From NCBI RefSeq assembly GCF_009914755.1, contig NC_060929.1: 64,000 nucleotides of DNA; one strand, 5' to 3'. The notes beneath the pieces are model-generated. The model saw only the letters and a program-made list of their open reading frames with translations. It made no database searches and was not told where the DNA came from. Source of the stretch: the human T2T-CHM13v2.0 reference genome, Homo sapiens. The position numbers and the translations under genes are program-made. Below, in pieces: positions 1-18,480 of the stretch. Each line of letters starts with the position of its first letter. Within the stretch, counting starts at the first letter, position 1.

Positions 1-479
1 GTCTGTCAGGAACCAGGCCACACAGCAGGAGGTGAGTAGCAGGTGAGTGAGCAAAGCTTCCCATGTATTTATAGCCACTCCCCATCACTCACATTACCAC
101 CTGAGCTGCACCTCCTGTCAGATCAGTGGCAGCATTAGATTCTCATAGGAGCACAAACACTATGGCCAACTGTGTATGCAAGGGATCTAGGTTGTGTGCT
201 CCTTATGAGAATCTAATGCATAGTGGTCTATCACTGTCTCCCATCACCCATAGATGAGACCATCTAGTTGCAAGAAAACAAGTTCAGGGCTTCCACTGAT
301 TCTACATTCTGGTGAGTTGTATAATTATTGTATTATATACTACAATGTAATAATAATAGATGTGCACAATAAATGTAATGTACTTGAATCATCCCCAAAC
401 CATCCCCTGTCTCCCAGTCTGTGGAAAAATTGACTTCCACGACATCAGTCCCTGGTACCACAAAGGCTGGGGACTGCTG
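1..479. mobile_element. MER1A hAT-Charlie DNA transposon (cut by window start)
   Basis: Internal palindrome cattagattctcataggagc...gctccttatgagaatctaatg and terminal ...aaaggctggggactgctg match recalled MER1A; it interrupts the ERVL protease region. Confidence 0.85.
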
Positions 480-480
480 C

Positions 481-1345
481 CATAAGCCCTTACTCTGACC
501 AGTGGACCATCATGATGTTTTGGGTCACCTAAAGTTAGTTTCAGTTTAGAGCCAGTGTCTGAAAATTCTGATTATTTCCTTTGCTTTAGTGCACAGTTAC
601 CCTGGTAAACAGCTGTAGGTAAACAGCTGTAGGTCCCTTTGGTGAATATTGGGGAAAAGATTAACATATAAATTTTTCATAATATACTGGGGTCTTTCCT
701 CAAGGGGATCCCACCTCCTCTTCATTCAGAAGGTTTTGGGTGAGTAAACTAGCTCAAGTCTGGGAATTGATTACGGAACTGTGACTCTTTTTTTTTCTTA
801 TGATTCAGATTAGACTTCTGTTCACTTAACCTAAAACTTTTCTGTTTATACAGATCAAGTAAGAATTTAGTTGAAATAGTTCCTATTTCACGTCTAGGAA
901 CACCATGATCAACTAGTGAACACTGTAGATCTATGAACTAGGTCATTCTGATGGCTGCTTTGACTCTGCTTTTCATTATGGTAACCATGGCCACCTTGCC
1001 ATTGGTGGTCGAGTGTTGCAACTTGGGCCCTACAACCTGGGATCCAATTATGCCCATCGTATTTAGGTTTTTAAATTCAGTGACTGTGGTTCTCACTGTA
1101 AGGTCTGGCCTACACAGAAAAGCAATCGTGAAGCTTTTCAAGGATGCTGGGGCTTCTCTCACCAACTAATTTCTCACTGAATTGGAGTATGTCTTCTGGA
1201 CCCTCCCTGTGTGGGTGACGTCTTAAATGAGTAATCCACTTGAACATTTCAGTCTCCCTAAGCCTTTGCATTCCTTCCTCTACATTAAATCAACACACAT
1301 CCAATATGTCCAATTCACTCACTGTTGTTCAACTTTCACCCATGT
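481..1345 (-). mobile_element. ERV-L internal fragment (degenerate gag-protease)
   Basis: ORF 938..1165 (VREAPASLKSFTIAFLCRPDLTVRTTVTEFKNLNTMGIIGS) resembles ERV-L Gag; 481-660 on - reads like the ERV-L protease region (..FTRVTVH..GNNQ..GDPK..) with stops and frameshifts. Confidence 0.75.
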
Positions 1346-1364
1346 TTCTTTTATTTATTTATCT

Positions 1365-3496
<2,132 letters not shown>

Positions 3497-3647
3497 ATTT
3501 TTAAGATTCTGTTCCTCTAGAACCACTCCTGATACCAAAATGCTTCTGCAGTACCTTGCCTGCTTATATCAAAGCACCTAACACTATATTGCATTTATCA
3601 ATTATTTGTGTGTCTCCTCCATTAAACTAAGAACTTCTTTAGGGCAA

Positions 3648-4329
<682 letters not shown>

Positions 4330-5161
4330 GGCAGGGCTAGGTCTTTCACCTCTGAGCCCTCAGCACTGTGTGACAGCACCTAGTCACTCAGTATGTATTT
4401 ATTGCTACACACATGCATTAAGTGAATACATAAGCACATAAATGAATCATTCTATCAGTAGAAACATACTAAGACAAAAGTTCTCAAGTACTGATATGTA
4501 ATCAGAACTACCCAGGGAAACTTGATAAAAATACAGAGACTCAGACCCTGTCCCCATTCTGCTTCAATCAGCTTGGGATTCTGTACGATTTATTAACTGT
4601 CCTGGTGATTATGATACACACCAAAGTTTGACAACCTTTTTAGGTGAGAAAGCAGATTCAAAGAGGTTAACTATTTGTTCAGCTTGACTTAAGCAGAGGT
4701 AAAACTGAGATAGTTTAGCATAATTTGTGACGGTTTTCAGTTCAGTCTTTATAATATACATGAGGAGACTACTTATGATAGAAATATAAAGCTATGATTC
4801 TGTTTTAGTCAGTACAGTAAATACACAATCCCATTTACTCATTTGTTTGAATCAATAATTTGTTTTGAATCCTTCAATTTGTTAAAGGATGAAGTCTGAA
4901 AATTATCCATGATACTTAAAAGTCACAGATTATAGTTACAACTTAACATGGGTTTAATTCAGTCATGTGTTTAGAACTGTGCTCAAAACAGACCGCATTC
5001 TGCAAGAAAATAATGAGAATATAAATTTTGAATCATGTAAAACTATAGAGACTGAAAATTATTATTTTCTACCACCCGATTTACACTTTATAACAAAAAA
5101 ATAATATTCTATAGGCACTATCCAAAGATTAGAGAGTAATTAGGAAAAACAGACGCTATAG

Positions 5162-5492
<331 letters not shown>

Positions 5493-5991
5493 CATTTACC
5501 ACTTCTAATGCTGTAACAGATTCAATAAAATTCTCTAAGATGTAATGATCTACTTTATGATACTGATTTATATCATCTTTGTGCAGAGAGGCTTCAACCT
5601 CTTGTTTGTGCTGGGCTAGGGCCAGAATCCAATTCAAAACTTTATTGGTCTTTTACAGTCTTTCTCTAATCCATGTGAGATATAAAAAAAAAACCTTAAC
5701 ACCTACCTTTCATCATTTCAAAAAAAAAATTTAGAGATGAATTGTAGAGCTAATTGTGAAAACTAAAACTGTAAGAAACAAAGGAGAATATATTCATGGG
5801 TGGATAAAGATTTCTTAAAAAGGAGGAAAAAGTACTAACCAGAAAATTACAAAATAATACATTGTATCTTTCTTTTAAACTGAAATTCTCCATTTTTATA
5901 AACATTAAAATATTTACTCATTTGCTTTATCCTATAATACACAGAAAATGTTTTTTACTTCACAGTACCAATATTACAACTAAGTATAAAA

Positions 5992-6840
<849 letters not shown>

Positions 6841-8814
6841 ATTACTGTGAGGTTTATTTCCGGTTCTTTTTTTTCTTTAACTATATTCCATTAAGGCTGG
6901 GAGCAGTGGCTCACACCAGTAATCCCAGCACTTTGGGTGACCGAAGTGGGAAGATCACTTAAGTCCAGGAGCTGAAGGCCAGCCTGGGCAACATAAGAAG
7001 ACACCATCTCTAAAAATAAATAAATCCCATTAAGATTGAAGAATGTGCATATTGCATTCAAAAGTCATCTGAAGACATTATTTCTGTGTCAACTTGATAT
7101 ACAGTTATGTTCCTGTGTTTTCAATTTTAGGGTTTGCTTTTTTCTTTTCACTTTGATTTTATTTTTTAATAAAGAAAATGTTCAAAAGTCAAAAGTAACT
7201 GAAAAGGTATACTCTGAGAACTCTTGTTTCTTTCTCTATACAGGTAGCCCTGTAAGTAACCTATAAGTAAAAAAAATTTGTTTATTGTTTCTTCCGTTGT
7301 TTACTTTTTCCCCCAAATCAGTCTCTCCTACTTATCTTTTCTCTAACACAAAAGGTAGCAAATTGCATATGCTGTCTTCATTGCATAGTACTCTAATCCT
7401 TTAAACAATATACACAATTTGAATTTTTTCAATTATTTCACTTTGATTATACATAGAAGTTATAGGTGCACTGAGAGGTAATGGCAAGGGAACAGGATAG
7501 ACAGCCTATAGCACTAGCTGTTACCATTTGCATTAGTCAACTATTGCAACAATAATGGTGCATAATAAAGTACCTCAAACTCAGTATCTTACAATAATAA
7601 GCATTTATTTTCATGCTCATGGGTCTATAAATCAATTGTATGGGCTTGGCCACGTGGCCTTACGGCTGAAGATAGGGTTTAGGATTGCTCCACATGTTGG
7701 TTCTGGGGTCCATACTCAAGGGTCTATGGCTACCTGAGGCATCTTCCTTTCATGATGATCACCAAAGAAGGGGCATAAGAAACCATAAAAGCACATTTAA
7801 GTTCTCTGCTTATCTCACATTTGCTAATATTCCACTGATAAAAGCAAGTCACTTGGCTGAACCCAAAAGCAATGGGCAGGGAAGTATCTTCTGCAAATGG
7901 TCAAAGGCAGACGAAATGGATATTTGCTGAACAAGAAATCTAAACTATCCCCCAATATTAGGGTGTGCACCCTCTCTCTCCTTTCCTTCTTTCTCATTTT
8001 TGCTCCCTGTCATCTTTGTGCCTGTGAATGTTTCTGTATTCTAGTGATTTTGATGGCTATTGCCTTGGTCAGGTTAGGGCTAAGGAAGTTGATTACAACT
8101 GAGGTTGAAGAGTGGTCAATTCAAATACTAACTTACATTAAGCACTGCCCCAGACTGAGATAACTTCATCACTCCTGAAATTTTTACTCTATTCTTACAT
8201 TTGGAAAATAAAAATGGCCAAGGAAACGTTTTGTTTTTTTTTCTGTGTGTTCTGCACAGCTCAAATATGTAAGATGCCTAAGAACTAGAGAAAGAATGGT
8301 AGGAGATAAATTTTGAGGATAGTGGCTGACTATGTGTGGTTTTGTTGGTCAAAGTAAAGAGTGCATTTTATTCTAAATGCAATGGGCGGACGTTAAAATG
8401 CTTATGTAGGGAAAACTTGCTTTAAAAAAAACAAAAAACAAAAACTTGTGTGGAGCATGAGCTGCAGGAGGCAAAGTGGAAATGGGGAAGTAAGTTAGGA
8501 AGCTGTTGTAGTAGCCTAAGTGAGTGATGATGTTCGTCTGGATTAGGGTGGCAACAGTAAATATGGCTAAGTGGTCAAATTCAGAATCTACTTTGGAGGT
8601 AGGACCAATAAGATTTATTGATGATTTGATGTGGGAGGTTACAGGAGGAAAGAGCTGCTCTCAAGTGTTTTGACTTAATGGTAGATGGAAAACATTGTTC
8701 TGGCTTAAACATGGTATATTTGAGGTGTCAGTCATGTGCATAGAGATTCTGAGTGAGCAGCTGCGTGGGTTTTTACTGAGCATCAGGTGCAGAGTTGAGA
8801 CAATCATATTCCTT

Positions 8815-9070
8815 AGTAGTCAGCAGCATCGTATAATGGTTATGAGCACAGAGGATGGAGCAGACTGCCAGGGTCTGTGTTTCAGCTTTGCCACTTACTA
8901 GCACTGTGGCCTTAGGTAAGTTACTTAACCTCTGCGTGCCTCAGTTTTCTGGTTCTGTAAAATGGGAGTAATAGTATCTACTTCATGTGATCAAATGAGT
9001 TAATATAAGTAAAGCACTAAGAACAGTGCCTAATGTGTATTAAAGGCCTTCTAAACATGACATATTATTA
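8815..9070 (+). mobile_element. MIR SINE
   Basis: MIR core: gttacttaacctctgcgtgcctcagttttct...ctgtaaaatggg. Confidence 0.8.
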
Positions 9071-10473
9071 GCACATTGTCATTTTCAGTCCATGCAAAAC
9101 ACTCTCATTGATTTTTCTTCTCTGATCTTTACTCCCATTCTCCTTCTCCATAAATGTATGCACTGTAATGTTGAAATATGATCGTAAATATGCATATTTC
9201 TTTGCATTATATATCGTGTGCTTTTCCTTTTAAGAAATTTTGTTGTTCAGTACAGCAAATACAGAGAACCATATACACTCTACATGTAAGGAGACAGACC
9301 TTTCCTCCCCACCCTAGAAATCTACTATATGCCTCCTCCCAACTATAATCCATTTTCTGCAAGAATGACCACTATTCTTTTTTTATTTTTTATTATATTT
9401 ATTTATTTTGTATTTTTAGTAGAGACAGGGTTTCACCATGTTGCCAGGCTGGTCTCAAACTCCTGACCTCAAGTGATCCACCCACCTCGGCTCCCAAAGT
9501 GCTGGGATTACAGGTGTGAGCTACACCCAGCATGGAATAACCACTATTCTTTTATAATTAATTCCCTTCCTCTTCAGTTTCATTACCTAAGCATGCACCC
9601 CTAGACACTATTGTTTTGCCTGCTTTCTTTTGGGTTTTTTGTTTGTTTGATATGTCTCTTAGATTTCTCTTAATACAAAGATCCCCTTACTCTTTTTTTT
9701 TTTTTTTTTCGTTCCCTTGGAGTTTATTTGTCCTCTCATTTCCTATAATCTGAATTTTGTCTTTTGTATATTCTGTAAATCGACAACTAGATCAACTCAG
9801 GGTCAAAAATTTATGTTTCTATTTAACAAGAGTATGATGGATTTAACACACCAGGAGAAGACATTTGCAATGACTAAAATAGGAAAGAGATTAAGAATAA
9901 AAACTATAACATCCGGGAATCCATCTATTAAAGAATGCACATGACCTTCAGAAGGTTTTTAAAACACTGCTAAAATACATAAAAGATTTGAAAAAATAGA
10001 TGCACTATGTTTATGGAGGTGAAATTTTGGGTAGGTAAGGTAGATTGGTACTCAGATCAATTCCAATTTCTTTCAAGTTTGCCTCCTTGTACTATAAATT
10101 TGGAAAGTTAAAAACTATATTTCCCAGATTTCCTTGCAGTTACCATCCTAGAAGTGAATTATTTTTGCCAACTAAGTACATTTAAGTAAGGTTTAGAAAG
10201 TGGAAGTGAGGCTAAAGCCTTTTTCCTGCTGCTTTGTTTTTGCTGGCAAGCATGCTCATGAGATATATTTTTTGCAGCAGCTTTCCAGAGCTCAGTCATT
10301 AGCTTTGTGGGTATTGAGTAGTACTTACTACAGTTATCTTCTTGATTCCTGAATTGTAGCTACAGTGGTGCATTCTTAACATCAATAATTCCAGTTGTAG
10401 GGTCCTGATTCTCTATCCTCCTAATGGGTGAAAACAGTTGCAGCAGGTCCTATGACAGCCCAGTTCTGGAGTG

Positions 10474-10705
10474 CAGGTTGAGTATCTGTTATGTGAAATG
10501 CTGGGAACCAGAAATTTTTCAGACTTGGGATTTTTTTTTGGAATATTTGCATTATGTACATACTGGTTGAGCAGCCCTAATCTGAAAATCTGTCATCTGA
10601 AATGCTCAATGAGCATTTCCTTTGAGCATGATGCTTGTGTTCAAAAAGCTTGGGATTTTGGAGCATTTGGGATTTAAAATTTTTGGATTAGGGATACTAA
10701 ATCTG
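10474..10705. mobile_element. Tigger4a/MER46A-like TcMar DNA transposon
   Basis: Degenerate TIRs caggttgagtatc ... gatactaaatctg followed by TA; internal gagcatttcctttgagc motif. Confidence 0.75.
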
Positions 10706-11012
10706 TATTATCTTAGGACTCACTTCTGACAGCCCAGGCTAAAGCCCACTCCTCCAGTCCTTCAAACTTTGTAAAGCACCAATTCCCTATATTAAATCCC
10801 TGTGTATTAAAAATAGCCAGATTTCCTACAAGTGAATGCAGAGGCATACAATTAGAAAATATATAAGTTTCCCAAATCGATCTATACAACCAATCCTAAT
10901 CAAAATTTCAAAATGAAACAAAACCTAAAATGTACATAGAATATCTGCAAATCTGTCAGTCTCAAAAGTGAAAAAGGGAAATAGCCCTACCACCTATTAA
11001 GAATATTGAGTT

Positions 11013-11295
11013 GGCCAGGTATGGTGGCTCATGCCTGCAATCCCAGGCAGATCGCTTGAGGTCAGGAGTTTGAGACCAGCCTGGCCAACATGGTGAAACA
11101 TGTAATAAAAAATACAAAAATTAGCTGGGTGTGGTGGTGGGCACCTGTAATCCCAGCTACTCAGGACACTGAGGCATGAGAATCGCTTGAACCCGGGAGG
11201 TGGAGGTTGCAGTGAGCCGAGTGCTCTGCACTCCAGCCTGGGCAACAGGATGAGACTAAAAAAAAAAAAAAAGAAGAAAAAAGAAAGAAAGAAAT
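11013..11295 (+). mobile_element. Alu with small internal deletions
   Basis: GGCCAGGT start, A-rich tail. Confidence 0.85.
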
Positions 11296-13399
11296 AAGCA
11301 TTATATAAAGTGGATATTTTGGCTTTTGCTGAAGCTGACTCAAATCCAGCTGAGAGATGAAAACAATTCATGGACTTTGATTAGGCTATAAACTAGAAAC
11401 CAAGGAGGGCAAACAGGGTTCACCTTTCTTGCCTTCTCTATTGACAGATACAATCTTGAGTGCTGAGTAAATGATTCTTAGGCTCCTTGAAGCCCAGCAG
11501 GAAAGCGTGGGAGCCAATTACCCACATTTGCCATAGACATTGGGAGCATACTGGAAATGGCTCCCACATTAGCACAAGTTACTCTTTTGGCATCCTTGAG
11601 CTAAGATTGCAATGTAATAACTTTTTTTGAAACAAAAAAATCCCATATTTTTGAAAAGTCTAGTATATAATTATTTTATTAGAAGAATCAGAATTTCCTG
11701 ACTACTCATAAAACCAGCAGAAGCAGCTGGAGTCAAAAATCAAAATTTTGGCCAGGTATCGTGGCTCATGCCTGTACTACCAGCACTTTGGGAGGCCCAG
11801 ATGGGAGGATGGCTTGATCCCAGGAGTTTGAGACCAGCCTGGGCAACATAGCAAGACCTCCATCTCTAAATAGAAAAGCACAAAAACCAAACCAAAACAG
11901 AACGTAAAAAGAAAATCAAAATTTTCTTTTTTACTATTAAGTAATCTTTTATATTTTCAACACGCAGCAAACTTTTAAATTCATGAAAGAACAGGAGAAA
12001 AAAGTAGGAACGAGGGGAAAATTAAAAAGTCATAAGCCAGGGAAAGTGGTGCACACCTGTAGTTTCAGCTTCTCAAGTGGCTGAGACTGAAGGATCCTTT
12101 GAGCGCAGGAGTTTGAGCCCAGCCTAAGCAACAAAGTGAGACCCCATCTCTTTTAATTTTTTTAAAGTTTTATATTTTTTAAAAAAATTATAAAAATAAA
12201 ATTAGCAGCATCCCTGGTTTCAAAAAGTAGAAATAAATAAATAAATAAAAGTAGCTCACAATATTTCCTGAAAACAGGTGTATTAAAAGGGCAGAGGAGA
12301 GGGAAGGCAAAGAAAAAGAAAAAAAAGGTGGCAGGTTACATACATACAATCTTGTCTCTATAAAAGCTCAGAAAACATCACGTGACTAGGAAGTTTCAAA
12401 TGCCTCCAATATAACATGGAGGAGAGGAAAAAAACTGTTCCTGGACAAAGATACACATTTCTTCCAAAAGGGGGAGTCTTTCTATATATTTTGTAATATC
12501 TCCAGAGCACAGCATAATGTTGGTACTGCCATTTTGGCCTTTGTCATTAGGAAGGTAACCCACATAAGCCTAACTACAAACACCCTTACCTGTACTAAAA
12601 CTTCACTCATATTTAACTGAAGCAACATTGTTTTTTGTAAATATAACTGTAACAATTATTCTAAAAGGCAATACAGCTGTCCTCACCAGTTATGTTCTTG
12701 AGACATCAGTTGCAACAAACTTATATGTAAAAAGTATTCAAAAAGTTTAAACATTGATCTTAACTGGAGAGGGGTCTGCACTTGAACAAGTTTTCTTGCT
12801 ACACACATTGCATTCTAAGATTTCGGACTCACTTTTGAATATGCAAAGACATTTCATGGTTAAGACCACAAAAAGGCTGATCAGAGAACATTTTTATTTA
12901 AATTGCCATTTTAAATATCAGTCGTTTTATCTTAAAGCTTGTCCTGGGTTTAACAAAGTTTAACTCACATCCACGCGTTGTCTCTCCAAACACAGCAGGC
13001 AGAAATTCTCCTTTGATTGGATTAAGATAGATAAAGTCTGCTTAACCGTGAATCGCTAATTGTCAAATCCATGCCAATTCGGTACCTAGGAGTCAATTTT
13101 TTTGCCTGATAAACAAGATAATTGTGTGGACCGTTTTAAGGTGGTTAGTCATCTGCTAAATTGGCTGAAATGCGGATTACCCAGTTCCTTCGTCGTACAG
13201 AGTTGCATTCTGAGGAGTGGGGCTCGGGGATACAGCCCCCAGAAATTCTGAACCTCGGTCCCGCAATCTACCACACCACCTAACCTTGGAAGGCCAAACT
13301 AACTTCACTATTTTTGACAAAATGCTTTGGTAATGGCTCATTCGGGCCGAGAGGGAAATTCTGCAATTCTCCAACCCACACCTCCAGCAAGGGGAGAGC

Positions 13400-14360
13400 T
13401 GCTTGAGTGGTGAGCACAAGCTGGGCACCTCCGGCGTCTCCAGGAAACGTGAATAGGCCCTTTCTTCGGAGGGCACAGAACTTCAGGATCAGGGCCCAAT
13501 GGAGACTGAGCGGACTTAACCCTAACTGTGCACAGGACCGCGCTCTCCGACCCCTTTGTGGCCTCTCCCAGAGGTACGGGCTGCGCCCCAAGCCAGCAGT
13601 CTCTCGTAGGGCCTACAGCCGGCAGCCGCTGGAGCAGGAGGAGGAGAATAGGGACTCGCTGGACCATCACAAACGCTGTCGCGCGTGCGCAGGGAGGAAC
13701 CGAGTTCGCGGCGAAGTCAGTTTCCTGACTCTTGAAGGAAGTGGCCTTGTGTCACTTCCGGCCTCCCTTTAGCTGCCATCTTGCGTCCCCGCGTGTGTGC
13801 GCCTAATCTCAGGTGGTCCACCCGAGACCCCTTGAGCACCAACCCTAGTCCCCCGCGCGGCCCCTTATTCGCTCCGACAAGGTACAAAAAGGCTCTGGAC
13901 GGCGGCGTGGTAGGAGGACGGGAGCGGGGGCGGGAAGTTCCCTGAAGGAGCGAGACAGGGAGGGACAGGGCAGAGGAGGAGAGGAAGGCGATGCGACGGA
14001 CAGGCGCACCCGCTCAGGCTGACTCTCGGGGGCGAGGTCGAGCCAGGGGCGGCTGCCCTGGGGGCGAGGCGACGCTGTCTCAACCTCCACCTCGCGGCGG
14101 AACCCGAGGACAGGAGCCTCAGGTACCGCGAGGCTTGCGGAGAGTGGCCGGGCCGGGCAGGCCCTGGCTAGGCCGAGGCCAGGCCAGGGCCAGGGGTGGG
14201 GGGTGCTGGCCAGGCGTGGGGTAGAGCCTTTCATCCGGGCCTGCCAAGAGCGGGGAGCTGTGGGGGAGTGGTGGGGAGGCGGGTGCTCTTTGGGCTCCCT
14301 GGAAACCCAAATTTGGAGCTTTGCGGGGTGGATTTGGGATCCAGGTTTCGGCCTGTGTAG
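13400..14360 (+). promoter_or_regulatory. BTF3: BTF3 CpG island promoter with NRF1-like (13680-13691), ETS/GABP (ACTTCCGG 13754-13761), pyrimidine TCT-like initiator (CCTCCCTTT 13762-13770) and YY1 (GCCATCTT 13775-13782) motifs
   Basis: Sharp rise in GC and CpG density; motifs read directly; arrangement typical of ribosomal-protein/translation-factor promoters. Confidence 0.8.
13991..14122 (+). CDS. BTF3: BTF3 exon 1 coding part (long isoform BTF3a N-terminal 44 aa)
   Basis: [21 protein letters not shown]...GQEPQ followed by donor CAG|gtaccg; the short isoform uses the upstream donor AAG|gtacaa at 13881/13882. Confidence 0.9.
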
Positions 14361-14456
14361 GACGTTTATTTTCCTGCTGGTATCTTGGGAAATAACGAGC
14401 ATGGAATGCTAGAGTGAGCTAAACCTATCCTTGCTGAGGATTTCCTCTTTTTCTAG

Positions 14457-14699
<243 letters not shown>

Positions 14700-17208
14700 T
14701 GAGACGAGCTAAAAACATCGCCTTTGTGTAAACATGTTTGTGTTTTCAGTGTTACAGAGTGTAAGTAGAACACAAAAGTGTTTCCTAATTTAATTAGTAA
14801 GGAAAATGTGTCATTTCAGTTAGATCGTTGTGCACATCATACCCTTGACTTGTTTTGGCCTGAGTTTTCTAAAGTCAGTGCTTGTTTGTCTCTCTTGTAA
14901 ATTGAGACCTTTCTGTACTGCTTTCTGAACTAAATATTCTTTAGGGTAGTTGCATATTTCAAGGGTATTTGAAGATACGGGTACATTTTGGAGTTTAAGA
15001 GCAGTGACTATTAGATTTGAAAATATAACCCAAGTAGGTATCTTTCCTGTTCTGACTTTGTATTACTGTAAAAATGAGGGAATTAAAGTGACTGATTTTT
15101 AAATGATCAGTTTTTGATTAATTGTTTTTTTCCTGGTGGATACTGATTCACATCAAGGGGATTCTTTTTTGAAGCTGATTTTTAGATTGTCCTGTAATTA
15201 ATAAGAAGTCCACTGTAGACAGAGGTCTACCTAGTTTGTATTGTTAGCACATTCTTAGTATTTAACAAGGTGTGGTAGCTTGTTGAAACAGAGCATGTCT
15301 TTACTTGGTAAAACTTGTAAAGCTTCCATGGTACATGTTTATTACCTTTTAGTTTTTCCCAACTTTAAGCGTTTAACTTAGAGTTAGCTGTGAGATAGCC
15401 AGAAGTTGCACTTAGACTTAAATAATAATATACAGCTTTGTTAAATTACTGAACTTTGCCAGCGGTGAATTTATCCTGATTTTTTTTTACTTTTTATTTT
15501 TGTTAACGTTAGCCATCTTCAGGATCCACACCCACACATTTAACAACATTAGATGTTTCTTGTCCTCTTTAATCAATTGTTATCAGACTGTGGCCTTCAA
15601 GTGCCAGCAAAACTCAAATTTTTTGTGTCTCAGTGTTTGGATGCTCTTATATTGGTGTTTTTAACCACTCTTACTTTCAGTACAGTTTCAGAAGGAGTAA
15701 TTTGAATAATGTGCTTATGTGCAGTCTTTTTGTTGTTACTCTCATCATTAGGCTTTAACTTTGGGAGACATCATTTTAGGGTAAAGGAAATCTTGAGATT
15801 TGCTAGGATATTTAAAGCTGATAACAAGATTAAATTTTGTGTCCTAACATCTTAATACTCGTTTAGCTAATAATACAAGAAGTATTTCTGTAGTCACAAT
15901 ATGGAAACATTTCTACACTGTTTAAGAAACGTACTTATTATGGGATGTGAAATTAGGTGAGTTAATTTTGCTTTAGAGAAAACTGCAGGTGTTAGGTGCT
16001 CTTAGGTAAATGTTACAAAAGCCCTTTATTTTCATATCTAATCACAGCATTAATAATAATTATTTAAGTGAAAATTGAACTCTACATATGTGAAGTGTAT
16101 GAAACCTCTAGAAAGTATGCTGGGTTTGTCTTTACAATCTTAGAAATTCCTTTGAGTTTCTTAGAGAAGATTTCTTTGGAAACCAGATACATACATGACC
16201 ATTTCAAAGTGATTTTTGTACTTAATAGTTTGGAGAGGTTAGTAACCAGTACTTTTTTTTTTTTTTTGTAGCCATAGATATTTTCTTCAGTTAAATAACA
16301 AGATTTATTTAAGCCTTTACTATGTTGGATCCTGAGAATATAAAATTTTAAGAAGTTTAAAGTCCCTAGGTGGGCTTTAAGCCTAGCAGTGGCGATAATT
16401 GTCTTTTCTTAAAAAAATCTTCTTTCACAGTGTAATATACATAGTACAATAGTAGAAGCATTTTCAAAATCTAGAGATGGGAATGATTTGGCATAGGGAA
16501 AGGGGGTAATTGCAGAATTTAGGAAAGGCAAACAGGAGGTAATGACTTGAATAAGATTTTAAAGGATGAATAGGAATAGGGATGGAGGTTGGGGGACGGT
16601 GAGGTGGTTGGGTGTGATAGACTTTCCTTGAGTGCCTTCAGTGAGCTAGATACTGTTGTAGATACTGGGTTTATAGCAATAAACAGAAGTCCTTATGGAG
16701 CTTACATTCTAGGGAGAGGAGATGGATGATAAAATGTATTTATCTCTTATAGTAATAAGTGTTATGAAGAGAAATAAACCAGGATAGAAAGAAATTGATG
16801 AGTGAGTGTGGAAGTTGCTATTTTACTTTGGGTAGTTGAGAAAGACCACTTTGATCAGGTGACATAAGAGTAGAGATCTGCAGTGAGGGAAAGAGCCATG
16901 TAGATGTTCCGGAAGGAGAGGAACAGCATGTGCAAAGGCCCTTGGGTCATAGCCTGCTTGGCCTGTTCAAAGAATAGCCAAGGTTTATTGGCTAAAGAAG
17001 AGGGATGGTAGCAGATGCAGTCAGGAGTGGCATATTAAGGGCAGGACAGTTTGTGTAGGGCTCTTGTAAGTTAAGGTAAGGGCTTCAGACTTTACTATCG
17101 AGTCCTATAGAAGTCTATATACAGATTCATTTGATTGTTCCATACACTGTCTTGCCTGTAAATATTAATTTGGATGTTGATTTTTATTTAATATAAAAAC
17201 AGAAAAGG

Positions 17209-17502
<294 letters not shown>

Positions 17503-17810
17503 CAGAAGAGGTTAATAATTCTGGATGTGGAATTCTTTCAAATGCTTAATTTAGATTGACACATGCTACCTCTTTGATCACTTTTAGAGCAAATGTAAAA
17601 AGTAGAACTTTGAAAAGATCATTCTTTTCCTTTCCCATTTTTTGCTTCTATCTTCGCCTTAGCCTGCCTGCTCACTGCATAAGTTTATGATTATGGTAAT
17701 GTTCTTATACAGATCCAAAGGTCAGAAATGAATTGGAAACTATTCCCATTTGAAAAATATCTGTTGTGGTATAAATGTGCTGTTTTCTTTCCTCTTCTCC
17801 CTGACTTTAG

Positions 17811-17975
<165 letters not shown>

Positions 17976-18237
17976 TAACGTTAATGCATTAAATGGGTTG
18001 TTTTTTTTTTTTTAACTTAGGGACTTCAAAGTCCCTAAGATGTGTTTCTACCATAAATTAATAAATATCAGGGAGCTCATTAAGTCTGAATGCTATTAGA
18101 ATACATATTCCATTCCAGGCAAAATTTCACCTGTGCTTCACAGTGAAATACTAGTTAGCCAGACTTAGTTTAATAAAACATTTGTTTTTAAAGAGACTGG
18201 TCAGCATTGCTAATTTAAATTTTTCTTTTCTTAATAG

Positions 18238-18480
<243 letters not shown>

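Noticed and set aside
604-634. 14-bp tandem duplication (also a 19-bp one at 38192-38228)
   Set aside because: Ordinary slippage duplications in decayed repeat sequence; two copies only, with no spacer array structure.
13177-14402. Long ORFs across the CpG island (e.g. 13845..14402 -, 185 aa)
   Set aside because: Stop-poor GC-rich sequence with no recognisable domain.
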